This document shows, piece by piece, positions 8,701-18,000 of a stretch of 64,000 bases of DNA. The stretch comes from an uncultured virus (IMG/VR IMGVR_UViG_3300033463_000096) (taxonomy: Duplodnaviria; Heunggongvirae; Uroviricota; Caudoviricetes): IMG/VR virus record IMGVR_UViG_3300033463_000096, positions 1 to 64,000 of that record. One strand, 5' to 3'. Both the position numbers and the translations under genes were made by a program. Under the pieces are notes generated by a model. It made no database searches. It was given only the letters and a program-made list of their open reading frames with translations, and had not been told where the DNA came from. Each line of letters begins with the position of its first letter. The stretch's first letter is position 1.

Positions 8701-9303
8701 ATGCCCGAATACGTTAATAATAAACGCTTACGCGAGGTGGTGAATCTTTACAATAGTATGAACATCAACGACAAGGGAGATTGGTGTGCTGCCTATCTCG
8801 CACGACTTGAACACAAGAAGAACAATGAAAAGATTGACGGACAGAAGTTTGAACTAGGTAAAGATTTTATCATCAACAAAGTCAAAAGCATTGAGGCGCT
8901 TCAAGCTAAGTATGAAGCATTTACGCCCGAAGAGAAGAAAGCGTTTGACGCTGAGTTTGAAAAGATAAAGAATGAACTCTGTGAAGACTTTCTGCTAATC
9001 ATCAATGGTCGTATAAATTCATATAAGTTAAGAACCTCGTTGCGGAATCCTGATGACATAAATGACATCATTCAAGACGCACTTATTTGTGCATTTAGCT
9101 ACATAAACAGATATGATCCTGCTCGCGGTTCCTCTGCATTTGCATTTATCACCCAGATCGTCTCGAACAGTATCATTTTAAGCGTCAACCAAATTAAGGA
9201 CAGAGAAAAGAGAATGGTCAGTGGCCTTGACTACTTTGACAACATCAACACCATTGATGATCCGACCGACGGTGTCTCTGGACTTGCAAGATTCCTAGAA
9301 TAG
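8701..9303 (+). CDS. gp55: Late-transcription sigma factor (T4 gp55-like)
   Basis: YVNNKRL and DIIQDALICAFSYINRYDP...SAFAFITQIVSN match gp55 motifs. AAGGAG RBS before ATG 8701. TATAAATA boxes are abundant in the window. Confidence 0.85.
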   Translation: MPEYVNNKRLREVVNLYNSMNINDKGDWCAAYLARLEHKKNNEKIDGQKFELGKDFIINKVKSIEALQAKYEAFTPEEKKAFDAEFEKIKNELCEDFLLIINGRINSYKLRTSLRNPDDINDIIQDALICAFSYINRYDPARGSSAFAFITQIVSNSIILSVNQIKDREKRMVSGLDYFDNINTIDDPTDGVSGLARFLE

Positions 9304-9311
9304 GAGAGGAT

Positions 9312-9824
9312 ATGGCAAACATCTACGAAAAAGATATAGAAGTTGCTTTGTTTGAAATTAAAGCATTGTTTGAATACAGCCACAAGAACTTGGAAGCAAC
9401 AAACCTTCCTGCTAAGTGGGGCCTGGTAATTTACAACAATGTTCTACTATTGGGCACACCTTATGCCCAAATCGCACAAGGCACCTACGATGAACAGAAC
9501 GACCCTAAGTATCACGAATACTGCCAGAAGATGAAATCCATCATTATGAAGTATGTTGACCGTGATGAACAAGGCAATCCTGTTTTTGATGAGAACAAAC
9601 AGCCGGTCATTACTGACATGAATGTTGAGTTCCAGAATGAAACAGAAAAGCTGGATAGGGAATACGCCGAGCTCAATGATAAGATCATGCACAAGGATGA
9701 AAAGAACTACGACTTCCTCAAGCAAAAGGTCAAGGTTAAGATCTGTGCTTGCGACTTAGAAGATATTCCTGACGGCGTCCCGCCGAAGATTGTGGGCATC
9801 ATTACAAAACCTCAAGTTAAGTAA
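9312..9824 (+). CDS. Hypothetical protein
   Basis: 170-aa ORF with GAGG RBS. Confidence 0.7.
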   Translation: MANIYEKDIEVALFEIKALFEYSHKNLEATNLPAKWGLVIYNNVLLLGTPYAQIAQGTYDEQNDPKYHEYCQKMKSIIMKYVDRDEQGNPVFDENKQPVITDMNVEFQNETEKLDREYAELNDKIMHKDEKNYDFLKQKVKVKICACDLEDIPDGVPPKIVGIITKPQVK

Positions 9825-9829
9825 AACAT

Positions 9830-9854
9830 AGCGGCGTTGAAAAACGCCGCTTTT
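9830..9854. terminator. Terminator between convergent genes
   Basis: agcggcgtt-gaaa-aacgccgct followed by T residues. Confidence 0.8.
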
Positions 9855-9861
9855 ATAGTCT

Positions 9862-11271
9862 TTAGGCGTGCTTGTGTGAAACCGCGTAGCCAGTTCTTCC
9901 AGTGAAGTATTTGGTTCGGTCAACATACGAGTTCTTTGTTTCTTTTCGCATGTTAGCACCAAGGCTAGCCGCCATCTTGTTAGCGAACTCTTCGGAGAAC
10001 TTACCATTGTTCTTTCTAAGATCTTCCAGAGCCGCTGCTTTATTCTCACGCAGATATCTACCAGTTGCTGCTGTGCTGCCACCAGAGCCATATTCCTGAT
10101 GGAACAAACCACCGAGAGTATCAGTGTCCATAGCCTTCAAGATATCAGCGTCAACATTCCTCTGAACATTTCGAGCAACTTTGCCTAGAGCGATATCTTC
10201 AACCTTCTGAGCTGAAACATCGTCCATCTTCCATTGAGATTGTGAACTGTTTGCATCGCTGCGGCTTGAGAGCTGTTTAGTCAGCTGGTCCATAGTACCC
10301 GTGAGCTTTTCACCAGTCTTAGCATTGATGATTGTCAGCTGTGTATTCTTGAGGTCAGTACCTTCAAGGAATACTTGAGTATTACCGGCGCCAAAATTCA
10401 ACTTGCCTGCCTGTTTGCCTTCGTCCATCTTGTTGAAGTAAACGGCGTTCTTTGAGCCTTCCTTTCTGCCCATACCATTTGTGCCGTAAACTTCAGCAGC
10501 ACCAGCTGCCTGAATGCCTTTGACATCTGATACACCTGCAGCGCCCTTACCTGCGACTTTGACGCCTGTAGGCACGGTGTTGCCATGTTCAGTTGTTGAG
10601 CTGGCTTGTTCATCTTTCTTACCAGCTTCGTAAGCATCCTTAAATTCATTTGTCCATTGTGTAAGATTTTCAACAAGAGGCTTGACTGGCTGTGTATTAT
10701 CAGTTGCAGCAGCAAGAGCGGTTGTCAAGCCAGCGTCATCTTCAATAGCTTTACCTCTACCAACATCGTGTGCATCTGCGAGGTTTTGAGACCAAGGCTG
10801 TTCTGACATGATATTGAATGTTGCCGACACAGCAACAATACCCGGACCTCCTGTTCTTGAGAAGGCGGGTTCATCGTATGTTGAAAGGACGCACTTGTAA
10901 TACTTGTCAGATACGATTTTATTGAAGCGTGTATTGAATTCTTTAACACGGATGCCGACCACATAAGGCAAAGCATTACGCTGTAATGCGATAATCGTAT
11001 CTAACCAGCTGATAACTCTTAAGCCATCAGTTTCTTCAAATGTAATCGTCAATGTGCGGGAAGCAATGTTAAAGATAGGAATGGTCTTGTAGCCATTACC
11101 CAAATACAAAGCAGCCTTTGATGTATCGCATTCAGTGCCTGAGATCTTAACTGACTGCACAGAATACTTCAGCGTTTCGGTAAGGGCGTCTCCCGCACCG
11201 AATATCTCAACCTCAAACCTGAAAGGTAGGTGAGGTCTGAAGTCAAAGAATTGTTTAACTGCTAATGCCAT
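9862..11271 (-). CDS. Tail-tube-fold (gp54/gp19-like) protein with C-terminal putative lysozyme domain
   Basis: N-terminus has PFRFEVEI...SVKISG...RTLTITFEET. C-terminus has KEGSKNAVY...D...GKLNFGAG and GGLFHQEYGSG, resembling T4-type (GH24) lysozymes. Confidence 0.55.
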   Translation of the reverse strand: MALAVKQFFDFRPHLPFRFEVEIFGAGDALTETLKYSVQSVKISGTECDTSKAALYLGNGYKTIPIFNIASRTLTITFEETDGLRVISWLDTIIALQRNALPYVVGIRVKEFNTRFNKIVSDKYYKCVLSTYDEPAFSRTGGPGIVAVSATFNIMSEQPWSQNLADAHDVGRGKAIEDDAGLTTALAAATDNTQPVKPLVENLTQWTNEFKDAYEAGKKDEQASSTTEHGNTVPTGVKVAGKGAAGVSDVKGIQAAGAAEVYGTNGMGRKEGSKNAVYFNKMDEGKQAGKLNFGAGNTQVFLEGTDLKNTQLTIINAKTGEKLTGTMDQLTKQLSSRSDANSSQSQWKMDDVSAQKVEDIALGKVARNVQRNVDADILKAMDTDTLGGLFHQEYGSGGSTAATGRYLRENKAAALEDLRKNNGKFSEEFANKMAASLGANMRKETKNSYVDRTKYFTGRTGYAVSHKHA

Positions 11272-11272
11272 T

Positions 11273-11878
11273 TTATAACTTGTTTACTGAATAAGGTCCG
11301 CTTTCGGGCACGCCCTTTTCCATTGACTCAAACACAAATCCCAAACTCCACTTCGTCAGTGCTTCGTCCTGATAGCTAAGTTCATAAGGTTCAGCCTTTG
11401 TCAACTTCAGGTTATGGAAGTGGTATTCATACACAACCTTAGCAAGACGGTTATCAAGAATGAAAATGTCAATGTTAGTGTAGTCGTGCTTATCAACATT
11501 GTATGTGCCGTTAAGCGCCGTGTAGCCGTCTGTTGAGAAATTCTGATTAGATGTAAACCCTTTGCCCAATGATTGTCCATCGGGATTTTGGTTAAACAGT
11601 GCTTCCTTTGTCATCAAGTGTGCTTCACGCTCTTTACCATCTGCAACATAGCCTTCATAAAGTTCAAGCTGTAGTTCCTGCTGAATATCAATCTTCGGTA
11701 TCAAGAACTTCTGCGAAACATTGCCATAGCTGTATTCTTCTTCAGTCCATTCAGCAACTTTAGGAACAGTGAAAGACGCACAGCGAAAACATTCTTTACC
11801 GTCCAAGCGAACGATAAAGCTATCGCTGAGCTTTATTGACTTCGTGTTGAAATAATTGTTTGCTTTGACTAGAGGCAT
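11273..11878 (-). CDS. Tail-tube-fold protein (gp19/gp54-like)
   Basis: RCASFTVPK, ELQLELYE, YEYHFHN and YELSYQDE..TKWSLGFVFE follow the tube-fold pattern. Confidence 0.6.
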   Translation of the reverse strand: MPLVKANNYFNTKSIKLSDSFIVRLDGKECFRCASFTVPKVAEWTEEEYSYGNVSQKFLIPKIDIQQELQLELYEGYVADGKEREAHLMTKEALFNQNPDGQSLGKGFTSNQNFSTDGYTALNGTYNVDKHDYTNIDIFILDNRLAKVVYEYHFHNLKLTKAEPYELSYQDEALTKWSLGFVFESMEKGVPESGPYSVNKL

Positions 11879-11934
11879 ACCAATTATATTTATCCTAATA
11901 CTGTTTTTATATTTTGCCTGTCCTTATGATATTA

Positions 11935-12684
11935 TTAGGCTCTAACTTTTTGCTGAGTGCTATGTAAAATCCCGCAGATTGGGCAATTCGTCAAGTTGTT
12001 TACGAATTGCTTTGCTGGATTGTTGCCAAGGTCAACGAACATGCCTGCATCAACAGTCACATTCTGCGTTGCGTAAACATTTGCATTACCGCTAACATTG
12101 ATGTTGCAGTCACCGTTTACAGTCACATCAAGCCATGACTTCATGTTAGTGCCTGTCTTGATTGAGATGTTGCCGTTCTTGTCAATAACGGTTGTGGCGC
12201 CGGTGCGGTGTGTAAAGCACAAGTTGCCATCCTTACGGTTCAGCGTCAAGAAGTCGCCTTGGTCAGTCTCCATCAGCACCATCATGTGCGGATAGTCAGC
12301 ACGGTTCTGTCTTGAGGTATAATCGCTTTCGCTGTTGTATTGGTTGAATGCTAGCGAGTCATATACGGGACGCTGCACATCGCCTTGGTCAAAGTAGCCA
12401 CGAACCATCGAGTCAACTTCAGGAATGATCTGTGACCCGCATTTGCCGCCAAGCCATGCAATGTCAGGGATAGCCCAAGGTAGCTGCTTATCTTCAATGT
12501 TGTCATAATAACCGATGATCTTAATACGAACTCGGCCTAAACGGTCTGGGTCAGCCGTGTCAACCACCTTACCTGTCCAACGCTCATTTTGCGGAACAGT
12601 CTTCGGCGTCTGTATCATGTCCTTGACAACAGCCTTGCTGTCACCTTCAAGAATCTTACGGTACTGTTCAATATCACTAACCAT
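11935..12684 (-). CDS. gp5: Baseplate central spike, gp5-like (OB-fold plus beta-helix, no lysozyme domain)
   Basis: WTGKVVDTADPDRLGRVRIKIIGYY...LPWA, IPEVDSMVRGYF and HRTGAT motifs; V-x-G beta-helix repeats; C-terminal CPICGILH. Confidence 0.85.
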   Translation of the reverse strand: MVSDIEQYRKILEGDSKAVVKDMIQTPKTVPQNERWTGKVVDTADPDRLGRVRIKIIGYYDNIEDKQLPWAIPDIAWLGGKCGSQIIPEVDSMVRGYFDQGDVQRPVYDSLAFNQYNSESDYTSRQNRADYPHMMVLMETDQGDFLTLNRKDGNLCFTHRTGATTVIDKNGNISIKTGTNMKSWLDVTVNGDCNINVSGNANVYATQNVTVDAGMFVDLGNNPAKQFVNNLTNCPICGILHSTQQKVRA

Positions 12685-14078
12685 TATTCACCTACATCAA
12701 AATAGCCATCATTAACCAATGTAATGGCTTGTGTATACGGTTCACCCCTTGAGTACTTGTGAGTAATCTCTGCGATGGCATACTCACCGGAGTGAATAGA
12801 ATCAATTCTTTCGCTGCTTGAGAAGTCACATTTGACTGATGTGCCAAGCACAGGACGATGTGACTCCTTTTCATAAAGGTTGCCTTGCTTTGAAGTATCA
12901 ACCATAATGCGAACAAAGTTCTGGAAGAATGAGCGACGAATCATTTCATTGTGAGATGGCGCGACTTCATAATGATCATGCAACTCATCAAAGTGCATGC
13001 CGCCATCTTTATGAATTGTCACATTGTCAATTTCAGACTGTTGCTTGTTCGAGATACCGCCAAGGTAAGGATCTTTACGCTGATATTCCTTTTCACGATA
13101 TGCTTCAGTTCTATCCTTTGTGCCTGCGCCGAATACAGATGCAACAGCGCCGAGAGCAGCACCAAGCATTCCTTGTCCGTGTTGCGGGAACTCAAACATT
13201 GTCTGCGAAGAACGGTTATTCTTCGGAGTATAGAAACTTGTTTGAACCTTATAGCCGCCCATGTTCGAGATAGGACCGCCGGCATTCAAACAGAATACAT
13301 CGGCAATCGTAATCGTCGGCACAGTGTCAGCGTCTTCACCATTCACAGTTGCTTGCATATCTGCAAACTGTATCAATGTCTTGTTGTCTACGATAGTCTT
13401 GACTGAAGACAAATGCGCAGTGCCTTTAACATCTGTATAGAACACTGGAGCGTCATCATCAGTTATCCATACATGCTGCAGAATTCGTTCGCAGAAGTCA
13501 GCAGCCGTTTCATTGGCATTAAGCCAGAATGAATAGTCAGCAGTAGCAACATCATTGACAAAGCCAATGCCTGCTTGAGCACATACATCTTTCATTGCTT
13601 CCCACGATGCTTTCTTGAGTGGGACAGGGTTTAGAATGTTCGTATCCTGCGGGTACTGGATAATCTTATTGATGAACCCTACAGCAGCATACACGCCTGT
13701 AATTCTGTGAATGTAAAGGTTATTGCGGTGGTCAGGCACATCAGTCACTGACTGAACTGTGAATGATGCAGAGACATACGGAGCTGCGACTTGGTCTTCC
13801 TCTTCCTTCAATGTAGCAGCCGGAGCCATACGCACATTCAATGTATCGCCGATGCGAACATTATAACGGAAGAAGAAACGGCCTGAGTCTGTCAGGACCA
13901 TGTTAATGGTTGGCAGGGTTGTAAACAAGTTCTCTGTAATGTCTATTGAGTCAATGGCTTCATTCTCAATAGTAATGCCTTTCGTAGCATCTTTAGGGTC
14001 GCCAATCCAAACCTGAAGGTCAACATATGAACCTCCAGTATTGCCACCGCCAACTATTGTTTGTCCTTCCTTAGCCAT
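12684..14078 (-). CDS. Baseplate hub protein, gp27-like
   Basis: IDITENLFTTLPT...LTDSG at the N-terminus and HSGEYAIAEITHKY at the C-terminus; directly upstream of gp5. Confidence 0.65.
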   Translation of the reverse strand: MAKEGQTIVGGGNTGGSYVDLQVWIGDPKDATKGITIENEAIDSIDITENLFTTLPTINMVLTDSGRFFFRYNVRIGDTLNVRMAPAATLKEEEDQVAAPYVSASFTVQSVTDVPDHRNNLYIHRITGVYAAVGFINKIIQYPQDTNILNPVPLKKASWEAMKDVCAQAGIGFVNDVATADYSFWLNANETAADFCERILQHVWITDDDAPVFYTDVKGTAHLSSVKTIVDNKTLIQFADMQATVNGEDADTVPTITIADVFCLNAGGPISNMGGYKVQTSFYTPKNNRSSQTMFEFPQHGQGMLGAALGAVASVFGAGTKDRTEAYREKEYQRKDPYLGGISNKQQSEIDNVTIHKDGGMHFDELHDHYEVAPSHNEMIRRSFFQNFVRIMVDTSKQGNLYEKESHRPVLGTSVKCDFSSSERIDSIHSGEYAIAEITHKYSRGEPYTQAITLVNDGYFDVGE

Positions 14079-15006
14079 TCTTTACCGTAAATGAAATACC
14101 TTTGTTGCCTGTCATCCAGCCGTTGATGTTGAAATTCTTCATGATTTCAGCAGCCTGTGAAAGACCGGCTGGTGCCTTGAAACCCCAGAATACCTTGTCA
14201 TTGATAGCCAAAAGGAAGTTTGCCTTTTGAACTTTCATATATGTCAAAAAGTGTGTAGCCGCTATTACAAGCTTGAGGTCGTGGGTATTGTTAAACAACT
14301 CGACCATTTGATTAGTAAGACTTGCGCTAGGGTTTTTGAGATTTTGAAGCAGTGCCATAACCTTCGCCACCTTTTGTGGGTTCTTCAGCAACAAATTCTG
14401 GAGTTCTTCCATTGTTTCAAGGGTTAGGTCCTTTGCTTCTGTGTTTGTTCCAAACTGCGAATAGATGCCATACATCAATGATTGGTTCATTTGCTTGTAT
14501 GGTCCTTCTGAACCGAAGTTGGCATGCTTGCCCTTAACTTCTATACGGTTGCCATCAGAGTCAACCAAGTCACCCTTCCCTGCTGAGAAGCGTATGTTGT
14601 TGAATGTAGCAACAAACAAGAATTCCCCTCGTCCAATAGCAGGGCGTGGAGTAGTCACCTTCAAGCAGTCCTCAACATAAGAAGGCTGCACATACAAATC
14701 AATCTTTGCTTTCTTTAAGAATGAACCTAGAGAGATCGGTCCAAAGTCCTGAAACTTGAAATGATTTTCTTTTACCTGTTCAAAGAAATCCGACGCAGGC
14801 ACCTTCAAGTCCTTCATAAGGATTGTGCCGTGCTTTGACTTTAAGTCGGTGTGCTTACCAAGCTTTTCTTCGGTCCAGTAATCATCAAGCTCTTTCTTAA
14901 TGTCACCGATGTTAGTGTCATTCTGTATGCGCGAAAACTGGTCGGCAGAAGCGTTGCCGACCTTTTTCATTTCGCCATCATCGTTCTTAATAAAAATCTC
15001 AGCCAT
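14071..15006 (-). CDS. Hypothetical protein with PD-(D/E)xK nuclease-like motif
   Basis: IGRGEF...KGDLVDSDGNRIEVKG. Confidence 0.5.
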   Translation of the reverse strand: MAEIFIKNDDGEMKKVGNASADQFSRIQNDTNIGDIKKELDDYWTEEKLGKHTDLKSKHGTILMKDLKVPASDFFEQVKENHFKFQDFGPISLGSFLKKAKIDLYVQPSYVEDCLKVTTPRPAIGRGEFLFVATFNNIRFSAGKGDLVDSDGNRIEVKGKHANFGSEGPYKQMNQSLMYGIYSQFGTNTEAKDLTLETMEELQNLLLKNPQKVAKVMALLQNLKNPSASLTNQMVELFNNTHDLKLVIAATHFLTYMKVQKANFLLAINDKVFWGFKAPAGLSQAAEIMKNFNINGWMTGNKGISFTVKNG

Positions 15007-15014
15007 ACTTATTG

Positions 15015-15022
15015 TATTTATA
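15015..15022 (-). promoter_or_regulatory. T4-type late promoter
   Basis: TATAAATA on the minus strand. Confidence 0.7.
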
Positions 15023-15036
15023 TGGCTGAGAAGGAA

Positions 15037-18000
15037 TTAGGTTAGGAACTTATTATTGTAAGCGTAGTTGAAGTTCATTACACCGTATTCACCGTAGTAA
15101 CCATTATCCTTATAAAGGATGCGTTGAACTTCTGCCGGGCGGATACCCTTGACAGCGTTCAAGGTCTGGTAGTTACCGTTTGACATCTTACGGAGACGAA
15201 CGCCCTTGAAGTATAGGTTTTCCTTCGGGTCACCGTTTACGCAGTAGAAGGTATAAGTGTTCGGGTTCTTACCAAGGTTGCCGTTATTTGAAATGTATCT
15301 TCCAAATTCAGCCTGTGTTGCCTTCAAGATATCTTCAATGTAGAACTTGTAGCGCATATCGAGAATTTTCAATTCCATTCCCTTATAGCCCTTAGTTCCC
15401 TTGAGACCCTTAAGACCGGCAAGTCCCTTCTTACCCTTAAGACCTAGGGTAACTCCCTTGATACCTTTACGACCCTTCCAACCCTTGGTTCCCTTAGCAC
15501 CCTTTGAACCCTTGATGTAGTCCCAACGGTAGGTGATGATAGGACCAAGCGTTAGCAAGAATGATGTGTTCTTCTTGTAGAAGTCAGAGATAGCCTTATT
15601 CAATGCTGCTGTCTTCAACATGCTTGCGTTAGTCTTGATGTAGTTGTCGTGTATCAAGTAGTCAAGTTCACGGATACGGAGCTTCCACTGTTCGTTATGA
15701 GCGGTGCGCTTCGTGAAGTAGATTGTGTCAGGTGAATAGCAACCATTCTGCAGGTTAGCAAAGCGTTCTGACAACGAATCATACTTAGCCCAATTACGAA
15801 CTGCGAAGAAGTCAACTGCCTCGCGGTGTGTCACATTTGAGTCAGGGATTTCATCGTAGTTGTTGTTATGTGTTAAGAGCATACCGTGATTCTCAACAGA
15901 GAATACGTTCATACGCTTCAAGTACTGACCAATGTCTAGGTCACAGTTGTTTTCAGGTTTGATGTTGATGTAATCGTCATACAAGTTAAATGCCTGCTGA
16001 TTTGACATCAGGTTCTTATAGAAGTAGCCATCACCGACCTTAACAACACCGCCGTCTTCGTATGCAACGATTGGGCGATACTTGACCTTTCCTTCGCCGG
16101 AACATGTTGGACATAGCCAATGTTTTACGCCGTCACAAGCATCACAAGGAACAATGCCTTCTACGCAAGTAGGACACTTAATCTGACCCCATTTTGTATA
16201 AGGCTGAGTACCTCTATAGTTACATGCATCGCAAGCTGCGGTATAACCACCGTCTAAATTGACAATACCATCAAGTTCAATGTTGCTTTCAAAGTCCTGC
16301 ATGTTTTCATGCGAGAATGTATCATGCATGTTAATGCCTGAGAATGCACGATACCAATCGGTTAGTGTAGAATTATAGCTATGGCTAGTTTGATAGTCAA
16401 CTTCGCTCTTAAGCGGTTTCATGTTCATGCACTTAGGACAAATCATGCCGTCAGCTTTACCACCAGTAACTGAATACCAGTCTTCGCCAACAAGTATCAT
16501 GTGATATAATGGGCTTTCAGGACGAGAACCAATTACGTTCTTCATCATTTCTTCGTCCCAGCCTTCTAGTTCACGAGCCTGATCCCATGTAAGTACCTGA
16601 GTACCATGACATAGGTCGCATTCATGATAACCAACATTTGGCTTAACTTTATAATAGTAACCCGGAGTTCCGCAGTATCTGTTATTCGCCAAGCTTAACA
16701 TATCACGATACATTGCCGAATATGTGTAAGTTCCGTCTACTGAATGTGCAGTTGTTGGACCAACTTTATATACGTCAGGACGTGAGCTTGTGGTATAAGT
16801 GAAGAGCTTATTACAGCAAGGACAAATGATTCTCTTATCAACCGTGTGATTTGTTTCATCATAGCCACCACCGCCACCACAGTGTTCACAAACCTTAGGT
16901 ATAGAAACAAGTGTTTTTGTTATGCGTCCGCCGTGAGGTGCATAAGGATATACATATGATGTTTGTGCTGAACAGGTTTGCTTGCTAGTGTAAATGGTAG
17001 CGTCTTCAAAGTTAGGTACCCAAGTTGGTGCTCTTTCAGTTTGCTTTGTGAAGCCAATCAGATCGTTGTGTTCACCATCTTCATCGGTGTATACTTCATA
17101 AAATTCACCGTAGCAAGTGTTTTCATCAATACCAGTACCTTCACATGCAGTACATGGGTTTTTCACCAATGATGCATAAATCTTAAGTCCGATAGATGCT
17201 GAGAATGCACCGCTGGCACTATCGCGGTCACCCATACCACTACATGTAGGTAGCCATGCAAGAATCTTTTCTCTATTATCAGTGCTTGCCCATGAGATAT
17301 TACCATCATCAGACAATGATGCAGGATCGGGTTCAACAAGCAAGCCGCTACATAGAGGGCACAGCGCAGTTTGAGCATGTACCACACATTCAGGACATTC
17401 AACAATTTGTGTGCCGTGGCATTCAGGGCATTCATATCCGCCTGTTCCTGAACAGGTTGAGCAAACTTGTTTGTCACCGCCACACAATTCACAAGGAATT
17501 GTCGGATCATCGCCGGTGTAGCCCTGACCGCTACATGCGGTACATGTCATCAATGTTTCATGGCAAGTAGGGCATGCAGAGTATCTCGGTGCATGTTCAT
17601 AGCTTTCAATGTAGCCCAAGCCACCACAGTCAGGGTCAATCATTTGACCATAGCCTGAACAATCAGGACAAGGCAGCCATGCGGTGGTTGATGTGTCAAT
17701 AATTTCCTTCTTACCTGAGCAAAGTCGGCATTCGTAAATAGCGTCATTTGCCGAAACATAATCTTGGCATGTGTAGAAGCCTTCCCAATCATCAGGGTTA
17801 ACACCTGAATGAGAATTCTTACCTAAACATATTGGGCAAACCTGTGATGGGTCATCATTCAAATAACCCTTACCGCTACAGTTAGTGCAGATGTCAGCTG
17901 AGTAGTTCACATAGCCAAATCCATAACAGCTAGAGCAAGTGACAGTAGGATGTCCGGTGACAACACCGCGAGGTCTACCATCTTCACCAGTACATGTAGT

